The notes under the pieces are model-generated. The model was not told where the DNA came from. It ran no database searches and worked only from the letters and a program-made list of their open reading frames with translations. From Camelus ferus (Eukaryota), in contig NC_045697.1 of NCBI RefSeq assembly GCF_009834535.1, positions 58,158,001 through 58,222,000 of the forward strand: a DNA stretch of 64,000 bases. The letters are read 5' to 3'. The position numbers and the translations under genes are program-made. Shown here piece by piece: positions 39,091 to 51,303 of the stretch (position 1 is the stretch's first letter; every line of letters starts with the position of its first letter).

Positions 39091-39574
39091 CAAGTTAGGG
39101 ACAAAAGTTATGGTCAACAACAGATCATCAAGCAATGAGAAAACTTGGATTATTTTTCTAACCTAATTGAGATCACTGAATCCAGTTGACATTAGAAGAT
39201 GGGACTATTAACCAATGGTATATAAGACATAGTGGTTTAGTTGCATTAAAACTGTAGGCACATGAAATAAAATGATCTAAAGAAAGCTTTGGCAGAATGA
39301 TGGCCATCATGACAGATGACTAAGAGAAACACAATGAATTAAAGAACCCTGGAGAGGCAGGCTGCTTCTGACTAAATTCAATACATAAACTCAAGAAGTA
39401 GGATTCTATCTCTTGCTTGGACAGTTAGTTGATACCTTTTAGCTCTATTGTAAATGAAATTGAATGCACCCAAATCTTTGCTAGACCCTAAGCTTTAGTA
39501 ATATAGTGTTGCTGGAGTAGCTGCATAATGAACAACACACACAGACAGCCCTTATCCTTTCTCCAGAAAGGCTG

Positions 39575-39956
39575 TGTTTTGGGCTGAAAGTTTTTGTTCC
39601 CCAAAATTCATATGTTGAGACCCTACACCCCAACGTGATGGGATTGAGAAGTGGGACCTTTGGGAGATAAGTGGGTTTAGGTGAGGTCATGAGGACAGTG
39701 CCCTTATAAGAAGAGATCAGAGAGTGTTCTCTCTCTCTCCCTCTCTCTCTCTCTCATTCCCCTGCCTTCCTGTCCCCATGTGAGCATACAGCAAGATGGC
39801 AGCTGCCTGCAAACCAGGAAGAGAGCCCTCCCAGACAGTGAATCTGCCAGCATCTTGATCTTAGACTTCCTGGCCTCCAGAACTATGAGAAATAAATATG
39901 TGTAGTTTAAACCACTCAGTGTATAGTATTTTATTATAGCATCCTGAACTAAGACA
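39575..39956 (+). mobile_element. MLT1A-like MaLR solo LTR
   Basis: ccaaaattcatatgttga, gcccttataagaagag, cttgatcttagacttcctggcctccagaactatgagaaataaa, end actaagaca. Confidence 0.92.
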
Positions 39957-40554
39957 TATGACAGATTGCATAAGATTTTGTTTCAAAACTTCATTAAGAA
40001 TTACATTGATAGTATTCTTGAAAAAAAAAAAAAACCACCATGGTGGCTCTCCAGTGTAGACCATAGATAATACAGGAGATAATATCATTGCAGTGAGTTC
40101 CACGAGTATTGTGAAGTTCAGGATGATGCCAAATAGCAACATTTAACGGCAAGACAAGGAGGGTACTGGTACCATAGTAGAAAACAAGGGCAGAGTAGTA
40201 ATCAGAATTGTTTGGCATGCAGATGTGTTTAGTGGTTTCTAAAATCAATCTTGATAAAAAGCCTAAGAAGGTCCCACTATATCAATATATATGAAAGACT
40301 TCTAGTTCAGATGAACAAGGCCTGACTTCAGGTATCAAAACAGAGACCAAGAACCTTTAACTCATTTCAAAGATCCAGAGTGCCTTGAATGAAGAGGAGA
40401 TTGAGTACCCTTAAAAAAGAAATAAGCAATAAGATCACGAGTCCTTGCTATAAATTTTCTTTCACAAAAGAATTTGCTGCTTTTAACCAAGATAACTGTG
40501 CACTTGGGAAAGAGAAATGTCCAGATTTTTCAGGATTTATTTGACTCAGGCTCT
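39957..40554 (+). pseudogene. ERV-L gag 3' end and protease N-terminus remnant
   Basis: gag stop context CTT GAA TGA AGA GGA (TGA at 40390-92); 40480-40554 translates LLTKITVHLGKRNVQIFQDLFDSGS, resembling ERV-L protease ...VTVHWGKG..QTFRGLLDTGS. Confidence 0.8.
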
Positions 40555-40835
40555 ATATTACATTTCTATTGCTACTGTAACAAGTTACACAAACACATAG
40601 TTCTGGAAGTCACAAGTCTGAAATAGGTATGATTGGGCTAAAATCAGGATGTCTGTAGGACGTCATACTTTTCTGGAGGCTGTAGTGATAAATCTGATTT
40701 CTTGCCTTTGTAGTTCCTAGAAGCTGTCCACATTTCTTGGTTCCTGGCCCATTTCTATCTTCAAAACTAATAAAAGCTGGTCAAGTCCTTCTTATATTAC
40801 GTCACTCTGATACAATTATTTGCCTCCCTCTGCTG
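40555..40835 (-). mobile_element. MLT1D-like LTR fragment
   Basis: atttctattgctactgtaacaagttac...agttctggaagtcacaagtctgaaat...ttctggaggctgtag. Confidence 0.8.
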
Positions 40836-42972
40836 ATAGAAACTAATCAATTGGCTTTACAGTTTTGGGCTACTGAGATAAACAACTCATGATTAAATGG
40901 TGTGAGCATTTTCCTTGAAACGTTCAATGAAACAATCCCAGCAATGAAATTAGCAACATCTGCCAATGGTTTGCTTGAGACTATTCTATCTTGTATGTAT
41001 CAAAACCCGAACAATAGTAAAACTGTAGAGAAATTCATAGTTTGAAACAAATAGTTTACTATAATAACACTTTTAGAAGTTATTAATACAAATGTTATGG
41101 TATAATATAAGCAAAGATTTGATGCCAAAGAAAGGCATTGTTATAATAATATTTAGTATATTCCTGGGACTAAAATAAAGCAACACAGAAGAATTAGGTT
41201 TATTATTCCCCAAAACATCAACTGCTAGAGGATGTTTACCAAAGAAGCTGTCCTCCCTTAAATCCTGAAGTTGTAGAACAAATAAACCCCCAGGATGACA
41301 GAATAAGATTGTTTCAGGGATGCAGTCTTCAGAGATTTCTTGGCAAAACTTTGAATGTCTAAGATAAATATTCCAATATTTCTCACCTTACATTGTTTTT
41401 CTTTTCCCATAAACTTACAGATGATACTGTGATTGATATGTAACTGTTAAAATAAATGTTTAATTTCCAAGAGGCTAAATCATGAAAATCAAGATGTAAC
41501 TCATACAACAATTACAAACAGCTGGGAGTGGACTTCAGCGTATTATCACAACACCCTCCCACCTTGAGACAACCATCACAATTCCATCTAGAAGTCTTTT
41601 AAAGAAGAATTCTAAGTTTACAAAGAAAAGTTTAAACTTTGCAAGCTGATTTTGGTGGCACTAAGAATTATAATTTTATTTAAATAAAATATATGAAACT
41701 AGTAACACCTTGCTTTTGTTCACCATATTTACCTCCTGGCATGAAATCAACTTTTGGTAACATAAGGGGTATATAGCCTAGAGAAGCACATATTGTGCTG
41801 TCAAAGAGGATTAAGACAGATGAGAACCCATCCTGGTTCCTAAGGCCTACCCTCCTCACTTTATAGCAGCCAGAGGGGAAGATGTGTAAAATTATTACCC
41901 AGGACTACTCAGATTTTCATATTGTTAGTTGGTACTGTTTCTTTACACCTATTGCTCCAAGCATTAGGCTGCGTAACAGCAGTTCTGAACCTGCCATGAA
42001 CAAACTAGAAATTCCTAGTTGTCTCCAGCTAGATACAGAGCCCAGAAAAATTCCACTCTGGGGTGGATGCAAGTTTAAACACTATTGAAGGCAAGTCTGG
42101 AAGAGTGAGAAAACTCACAAAATGGAACATAATGACTTCAGGTCAGATGGAGACTTGGCTTGAGAATACAGAGAAAATATTTATGGATCAGTCCTCATTG
42201 CATGTACTTTAGGTCTTTTGCTTTATTAGCACCAACTGTTTGGAAATCTCCTTTTTCCTCCTTTTCCCATCACTGTCAGATAATAGTAAAAATAGTACCT
42301 TCTTCACCACACAAAACTGAATTTTTAGCATGAGATGATTCCCGAAGGACTGCTTTGACCAGGTTGAGAAATGAAAAACTCCTTCTTAATTTGGACCTGG
42401 ACAAGTCACTTAAACTTCTAAACCCCAAGTTCCTTGTTTGAAAAAATAGTACTTACCCAAGGATTAAAATAATGTGTAACATCTGCCTAACAGTGTCCAG
42501 TGTATGAGCACTCCATATATGGTAACTATTTTTATCACCACCACACGTAATTTTATGATAATAATGGTACTTGTGGTTCAAGACATATCTTTAGCAGTAA
42601 CTCACTCTAATCAAACTGATTATAACTTCCTTCCTACACATAATGCTCTCTGGCATTACATCCTATAGCAAATCTACAAAACATTAAATTTACACTGAAA
42701 AAGAAAAGACTTACAAGAAAGACCAATCTTCTAACTAAATGATATCATACATTAGCCTTCAAATACAAAAATTATTCTTTTGATGGGATAAGAATACAAT
42801 GATTTGCTGTTTTTCTCCTGAGAGTGTTGTATTCATCAATTGTCTAGTTGTTTTGTCCTGTGAGGACATACTTCCCCAGGGTATGAATTATTTTGTCTGG
42901 TGATGTATATTGGGAAAGGTCCAAAGGCCAGACCAGTATTTATTAGTACTGAGGAGTTTAGAAAGAGAGAAG

Positions 42973-43120
42973 GTGGGAGGGTATAGCTCAGTGGTAGACT
43001 GCATGCCTAGCATACATGAGGTCCTCGGTTCTATTCCCAGAACTTCCATTAAAAAATAAATAAATCTAATTACCTCCCATCCTAAATAAAACAAACAAAA
43101 AACAAACAAACAAAAACAAA
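42973..43120 (+). mobile_element. tRNA-Ala-derived camelid-type SINE (long form)
   Basis: gggagggtatagctcagtggtagactgcatgcctagcatacatgaggtcc...aataaataaatctaattacctccc plus an (AAAC)n tail; short flanking repeat agaagg. Confidence 0.92.
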
Positions 43121-43947
43121 TAGAAGGGATGCACTCAGAGCAGAGAGCCCTAGGCCCTAAAAAACAACACTGATCACTGCCTTTGGTTGGCACTCATGAG
43201 GCAACTCCTGTATTCAAAAACTCTCTATTAAGTGTTTAGGAAAAAGCAGCTTTGAGAAGAAGAAACCTCCTTAGGTTATAATTCACCAATAATGGAAATC
43301 AAGGGAGAAAGATTGAAGAGTAAATTCCTAGGAACACTGTTGCAATTGTACTGCTTTCATCAACTCCTTACAACTGCAGGACTTTTTTGTGCTATCCTGA
43401 CATTACACTTGGTCATGTGAACCAGTGGTAGAACTTGAGGAAATGAAAGCACAGTCAATGACCACTGACCATCTAAAAGAAGTTGTGTGAGTAGAGAGAG
43501 AAGAACAGAATTCTTAGTTTTGGAACAGATTGCTCTCAACTCATTTCCTCCATCTATCAGTTATTGTCTCAAAAACTCATGTCAACCTTCGGTTTCTACA
43601 GAGGTTTCTCATAGTTATTTCTGTTGTAGATTTTAATTCCCAGAGTCTACATATCTCTTTCACTTCTTTAGTTTCCACAGTGATTTTGATGGAGGAATCC
43701 AACAGCTCATGCCAGTTTGCCATCTTGATATCACACTGCTAAATAAACATCTGAAAAATGAGTATAATTTGTAGAGACTTATGTAGTTAATAGACCAAAT
43801 GTAAAAAAATTTTTAAAGTATTGTTTTATTCTTACACTGACACTTCTGATATTGGCAACATGGCATATTGAGCTACCATAGTTCTCTTCTGGGCAAACAT
43901 AGATGTTCTGGACAACAACAACAAAAGCAATGGTTGAGTTGAGTAAC

Positions 43948-44042
43948 AAGGAAAAAGAAGAAAAGAAGGCAGGAAAGAAGAAGAGAAGGGAGGAAGGAGG
44001 GAAGAAAGAGAAGAAAGGAGGGAGGGAGAAAAGGAAAGAAAA
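43948..44042 (+). repeat. Polypurine low-complexity tract
   Basis: 95 bp of A/G with a single C. Confidence 0.9.
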
Positions 44043-44339
44043 CTCCACTGTGAATAAGGAAGGAAGGAATATAAAGCAAGAGAGATAAATTAACTCAGCG
44101 ATGCCATTATACCTTAAGGATATCAAATCTGATCTTGACTCAATGGTCCTTGTAAGGATAAATTTCAATGGCTCATGGAGGCAGAAATTAAGGTATTTGG
44201 GTCCTTGTAAGGATAGGAACTATAGTTAAATTAAGCTAAGATCCCCAGATCTAACTGGCTCTCTGTAATATTTGATCACTCTAAAAAGAGAAAATTAAAA
44301 TTTCCAAAATAACTTTATTTTCAGTAATAATTGTTCAAG

Positions 44340-45038
44340 TATTTTTTTTTACCAACTCTCCCATTGAAAGCAACTTTACAAGCTGGACAAATTACAAACA
44401 GAAATTCTTAGGTTTACTGGACAAAAATAAAAACAGAAGAATTAGCAGGCTAAGTGAGACTGAATACTTTGGAATTCAGATAAGTGGAGTGAGTGCTACA
44501 TTTAGCTTGCTTTTGCTCTAAGATCATTCTCCTTTTCAGAAGGTAAGATGGGAAGTCTGTGTTGAAAATTTTATAGCCTCAAAGGACTAGGAGAACAAAC
44601 ATTTGGATCCACTGTCTTTAGGGTTCACAAAGATGGATAAATGCTAAATCATTCCTACTACTTTGGGCTGATTGTGAAATGGTTATACCCTAGGAATAAG
44701 ATTAAGTGAGACTAACTCTATTGTTGCCAGTCTTCAAATCATTTGGATAGGTCAGAAAATTTTGAAAATTAAAGTTAAATTAAGGAAAAATTGAATTGCT
44801 AATGTCCCACATGTCTAGCATAATTCTTTAAAGGTAAAAAAATATAGCCTATCATTAAATAATTACTACAAAATTTTTTTTTCAAATAAGCAAGTGGGCA
44901 CACAGAAAGACATAGAAATACAAAAGACACAGAAGGAATATAGACACTAAAGTTACAAGTAACTAAACTATAAAACAGTTATGCTTGTTTTGTTCATAAA
45001 TAAAAATGAATGCCAAGCGTGGAAATTTGAAATTATAG
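44340..45038 (+). mobile_element. Ancient L1 5' region (left part of the host element)
   Basis: Degenerate L1M-type 5' end and ORF1 start; reads on across the TSD into 51304. Confidence 0.55.
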
Positions 45039-45053
45039 AAAGTGATTGGATAG

Positions 45054-48000
45054 GAGGGGTCTAAGATGATAGCATAGGAAGATCCTGAGGCCACCTCCTC
45101 CCACTGACACAGTGAATCACAGCCTATACATAGAGCAGTTCCTCCTGAAGAAGACCTGAGGGCTGACTTAACAATTTCTGTGTATAGGGAGACCACATAG
45201 AAATGAGTAGGAAAGATGGATTGATGATATCCACGGAAATTCCATCCCCTATCTGCAGTAGAAAGGGATATTATTGAAGAACCTAAACACAGACTCACCC
45301 ACCCTGGGACACAGCAAAAAACTAGCAGTTTAAACAGAATTTAAACTATACAGAAGGAAATCTAATCACTAGCCTTAGAGGATCTGCCAAATGGGAGAGG
45401 AACTGCTGTAACTCTCTGGGGTCAGAGGCACTGGTAAGCACCAATGTTTGAGTCCCTCTAGAACAGCCTTCACTTCCCTTCAGCCCACACTCCAGCTTCA
45501 GCCATTCTGCCATGAGAGCCCCAGTGCAGTGTACCCCAGGACAGATCCTGGCTCACACCTGCTCCAGGCCCAGCCAACCCACCAAGGCAGTCATGGCACA
45601 GCATGCCCCAGGATTCCTTCCAGCCTATGCCTGTTCCAGCTCCAGCCCTATTTCAAAGGTGCCTTCAACCTGAAGTACTCTGAGACTCCCACAGCTCACA
45701 GCTTGCTCCAGTTCCAGGCACCCTATCAAACATGCCCAGTGCACACAGCTTCATGGACACTCTCACACAAAGCCACTCTTTCAAGATTGGAAGATGTAGC
45801 TGTTAAACCTAATTCATAGGGGGAAAAAAAAACTCACAGAAGGGCAAAGTGAAGAGACAGAGAAATATGTTCCAAAGAAAAAAGAAAGATAAAACTCTAA
45901 TAAAACAGAGATAAGTAATTTTTCTGATTAAAGAGTCTAAAGTAAGGGTCATAAAGATGTTGACTGAATTTGGGAGAAGAATGGATGTACTTGTGAGAAC
46001 TTCAATAAAGTATTAGAAAATATAAGAAAGAACCAATAAGAGATGAAAAACATAATAACTTAAATTTTAAAATACACTAGAACAAATCAACAGCAGATTA
46101 GATTATGCAGAAGAATGGAAAATCAAACAGAAAGATAGTGAAAATCAACCAAATCAGAACAGCAAAAAGAAAAAAAAAATAATGAGGATAGTTTAATGAA
46201 CCTCTGAAACAACATCAAACATACTAGCATTTGTACCGTAAGGGGTCCTTGAAAGAGAAGAGAGAAAGTGACAGATAACTTAATTGAAGAAATAATGGCT
46301 GAGAACATTCTACCTGTAGAAGCAAGCAGCATGCAGCTCCAAGAAAAACAAAGTTTCAAACAAGATTAATCCAAAGAGATGCACACCAAATATAGTAAAA
46401 TTAAAATGGCAAAAATTAAAGCTAAAGAATGATTTTAAAAGCAGTAAGGAGAAATCAATGAGTCACATATAAGGCAACCCTCTTAAGGCTATCAGCTGAT
46501 TTTTCCAGCAGAAACTTTAAAGACCAGAAGGGAGTGGTAGGAATGCTAGAAGGAAAAAAAAAAAAAAAAAAAAAAAACTTATAACCTAGGAAACTCTATC
46601 CATCAAGGTTATCATTCAGAATTAAAGGAGAGATAAAGAATTTCCCATACAAGCAAAAACTAGAGTAGTTCATCACCACTATACTGGCCTTAGAAGAAAT
46701 GTTAAAGTGTCTTCTTTAAAGGGAAAAGGAAAGGTCACAACTAGAAATAAGAAAATATATGAGTGAAAAATCTCACTGATAAAGATAAATATATAGCTAA
46801 GGCAGTGGATCAGCTACTTAAAATACTAGTATGAAGGTTAAAGGACAAAAGTAGTACAATCAAGTTTAACTAAAATAAGTAGTTAAGGGATACACAAAAT
46901 ACAGATGTAAAATATGATGTCAAAACATAAAATGTGGAGAGGGTGGAGTAAAAATGTAGTGCTTTTAGAATGCATTCTAAATTTATCAGTGTAAAATAGA
47001 CTTCAGATATAGAAATAGATATAGATATATAGATATAGATAGATATGACCTCATGGTAACTACAAATCAAAAACCTGCAATGGACACACAAAATATAAAC
47101 ATAAAGGAATCCAAATACTATAGGAACTCACCAAATCACAAGGGGAGAAACCAAGAAAAGAAGACAGGAACAGAGAATAACTACAAAAACACCATGAAAA
47201 AAATGAAGAAAATGGCAATAGTACACACCTATCAATAATTACTTTAAATGTAAATGGACTAAATACTCCAATCAAAAGACAAAGGGTGACTGAATGGATT
47301 CTTAAAAAGACTCATCCATATGCTGCCAACAAGAGACATACTTCAGATCTAAAGACACACAAAGACTGAAAGTGAAAGAATGAAAAAAGATATTCTATGC
47401 ATTTAAAAAGGAAAAGACAGCTAGAGTAGTAATACTCATACCAGACAAAATAGATTTTAAAACAAAGACTGTAATAAAAGACAAAGACATCACATAATGA
47501 TGATGAGGTCAATCCAATAAAAGGATATAGTATTTGTAAACATTTATGCACCCAACATAGGAGTATCTAAATATATAAAGCAAATATTAGCAGACTTAAA
47601 GGAAGAAATAGCAATAAAATAGTACTAGGAAACTTTAATACCCCACTTACATCAATGGATATATCACTTAGAGAAATTCAGTAAGGAAACACCAGTTTTA
47701 AATAACACATTAGACAAGATGGAGATATATACAGAACATTTTATCCAAAAGCAGCAAAACATATATCTGTTTCAAGTACATATGGAATATTTCCCTGTAT
47801 AGATCACGTATTAGGCCACAAAACAAGTCTCAATAAACTTAAAAGACTGAAATTGCATCAAGCATTTTTTCTGACCACAAAGGTATAAAACCAGAACTCA
47901 ATAACAAGAAGAAAACTGGAAAAAACACAAACATGCAGATAGTGAACAGCACACTACTAAACAATCAATGAGTAACAAAGAGATCAAGGAGGAAGTCAAA

Positions 48001-51000
48001 AAATACCTCAAGACAAATGGAAACACAAATTTTCAAACTCTATGGGATGCAGCAAAACCAATTTTAACAGGGAAGTTCACAGCAATACAAGCCTACCCCA
48101 AGTAACAACAACAAAAATCTAAATTTGCATTTAATGGAACTAGGAAGAATAATTAAAGCCCAGAAGGAGTATAAAGAAGGAAATTAAAAATATCAGAAAA
48201 GAAATAAATAGAGACAATAGGAAAAAAAGTCAATGAAACTAAAAGTTGGTTCTTTGAAAAGATAAATAAAATTGACAAGCATTTAGCCAGATTTATCAAG
48301 GTAAAAAGAGAGAGGGGACAAATAAATAAAACCAGAAATGAAGAGAAATTAAAACTGATATCAAAGAAATACAAAGAATTGTAAGAGAATACTGTGAACA
48401 AATATATGCCAACTAACTAGACAATCTAGAAGAAATCAATAAATTTCTAGAAATATAAAATCTTCCAAGTCTGAATCATGAAGAAATAGAAAATCTAAGT
48501 AGATCAATTACAAGTAACAAAATTAAATCAGTAATGAAAAACTCCCAACCAACAAGAGTCCAGGTCTAAACAGCTTCACAGATGAATTCTATCAAATATT
48601 TAAAGAACATCTCATATCTATCCTTCACAAAGTATTCCAAAAAACTGAAAAGGAAGGAGTACTTCCAAACTCATTTTAAGAGGCCAGTATTACTCTGATA
48701 TCAAAATTATACAAACACATCATCAAAAAAGAAAATTGCAAGCTAATATCCTGATGAACATAGTTGCAAAAATCCTTATCAAAATATTAGCAAACCAAAT
48801 CTAACAATACATTAAAAGGTTCATACACCATGATCAAATGGGAGTCATTCTAGGGATACAATGATAGTTTGACATCTGTAATCAATCAATATGAAATACC
48901 ACATTAACAAAGCAAAGAATTAAAATCAAATGATCATCTCAATAGATGCTGAGAAAGCTTTTGACAAAACTCAACATCCATTTATAACAAAAATTCTCAA
49001 CAAAGTGGGAAGAGAGGAAACATACTTCAAAACGATAAAGGCCATATATGAAAACTCCACAGCTAACATCATATCAATGGTGAAAAGCTGAAACTTTTTC
49101 TTCTAAGATCAAAAACAAGACAAGGATGCCACTCTCACCACTTTTATTCAACATTGTATTGGAAGATCTAGCCACAGCAATAAGGTAAGAAAAAAATAAT
49201 AAAAGGCATCTAAAATGGAAAGGAAGAAGTAAAACTGCACTCTGTGCAGATATGGTACTATGAATAGAAAACCCCAAAGTTTCCACCAAAATCTATTAGA
49301 ACTAATAAATTTTTATTTAAATAATGTTTTATTAAATATTTTATTTATTTATAGTTGCAGAACACAAAATTAATATACAGAAATCTGTTGCATTTCTATA
49401 CACTAATAAACTATCAGAAAGAGAAATGAAAAAAACAAACAATCCCATTTATAATTGCATCAGAAAGAATAAAATACCTAGAAATAAATTTAACCAGTGA
49501 GGTGAAAGATCTGTACTCTGAAGACTATACAGATACTAAGGAAGGAAAGAAGATGACACAAATAAATGGAAATATATATTGTGTTCATGGATTGGAAGAA
49601 TCGATATTGTTAAAATGTCCATACTACCAAAGCAGTCTACAGAGTCAATGCAAAATACCAATGGCATTTTTCACAGAACTAGAAGAAATAATTTGAAAAT
49701 TTATATGAAACCACAAAATACCTCTAATAGTGAAAGCAATCTTGAGAAAAAAGAACAAAGCTACAGTTATCAAGCACCTTGATTTAAACTATCCCATGAA
49801 GTGACAGTAATAGAAATGGTGTGGTACTAGCATAAAAACAGACAAATAGATCAATGGAACAGAATAGAGAGCCTAGAAACAAACTCAGACACTTATGGGC
49901 AATTAATCTACAAAAAGGTGGTAAAAATATCCAACAGGAAAAAGACAGCCTCTTAAATATGTTATGTGGGGAAAGCTGGATAGCTATGTGCAAAAAAAAA
50001 TCAAACTAGATTACATTCTTATGCCATATAAAAAATGAACCCCAAATGGATTAAAGATTTGAATATAATACCTAGACCCATAACATTCCTAAAAGAAGAC
50101 ATACTCAGAATACTCTTTAACACCAATCTTGCCAATATTTTTTGATTATCTCCCCTCAGGCTAAAGCAATAAAAGCAATAAAAACAAAAATAAGCAAAAG
50201 AGCTTTTACACAGTGATAGAAATCACCAACAAAATTAAAAGGCAGCATATTAAATATGAGAAGATATTTGTAAATAATATATCTGATAAAGGGTTGATAT
50301 CCAAAATATATAAAGAACTCATACAACTCAATATCAAAAAACAACCTGATTTAAAAATGGGCAGAGAACTTGAATAGACATTTTTCCAAAGAAAAAACAT
50401 ACAGATGGTCAACAGGCACAGGAAAAGATGCTCAACATCACTGATCATCAGGGAAATGCAAATCAAAATCACAATGACATACCATTTCACACCTCTCAGA
50501 ATGGCTATTACCAAAAAGACAAGAAACCAAGTGGTGGTGAGGATATGGAGAAAAAGTAACCCTCATGCATTATCTTGCAAAATGGAAACTGGTGCAGCTA
50601 TTATGGAAAATACTATGGAGTTTTCCTTTTAAAAAACCTAAAAACAGAACTACCCATACAATGCAGCAATTGCACTTCAGAATATTTATCTGAAAAAAAT
50701 GAAAATACTAATTCAAAAAGATATACATACTTCTCTGTTCACTACAACACTATCACAATAGCCAAGACATGGGAGAAGCCTGTGTCCATCAATAGATTAA
50801 TGGATAAAGAATATGTGGTGTATATATATACAAAGGAATATTACTCAGCCATCAAAAGAGAAGTCTTGCTATTTGCAGCAACATGGAAGAAACTGAAGGG
50901 TATTATGCAAAGTGAAAGAAGTCAGACAGAGAAAGACAAATGCCATATGATTTCACTTAAATGTGGAATCTAAAAAACAAAATAAACAAAACAAAACAGA

Positions 51001-51288
51001 CTCAGATACAGAGACAAACTGGTAGTTGCCAGAGGGCAGTTGGACAGGGGGATGAATGAAGTAGGTGAAGGGAGCTAATAGGTAAAGCTTCCAGTTGTAA
51101 AATAAATGTCACAGGATGTAATGCATAGCATAGGGAGTATATTCAGTAATATTTTAATAACTTTGTATGGTGACTAATAGTAATGAAACTTATTGTGGTG
51201 ATCATTTCATAATATATATCATTATTGAATCACTATGTTGTACACCTGAAACTACGTATTACTGTATGTTAATTATAATTCAATAAAT
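45054..51288 (+). mobile_element. Full-length decayed LINE-1 (L1MA9-lineage-like) with 15-bp TSD
   Basis: 5' UTR, ORF1, ORF2, 3' UTR and aataaataa end; TSD aaagtgattggaYag at 45039-45053 and 51289-51303. Confidence 0.96.
47213..50973 (+). pseudogene. L1 ORF2p remnant (disrupted)
   Basis: Peptides [57 protein letters not shown]. The RT motif reads CADM near 49243-49254 (one Asp lost). Confidence 0.92.
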
Positions 51289-51303
51289 AAAGTGATTGGA
51301 CAG

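Noticed and set aside
42979..43049. tRNA-Ala(AGC)-like sequence (also at 16408-16480 and 17118-17188)
   Set aside because: Stem and B-box mismatches, A-rich tails and flanking repeats identify these as SINEs, not tRNA genes.
43779..44168. Hydrophobic and Lys/Glu-rich ORFs
   Set aside because: Translations of the polypurine tract.
44145..44215. Repeat-spacer-repeat resembling a CRISPR unit
   Set aside because: Only two 16-bp copies, mammalian context, no cas genes.
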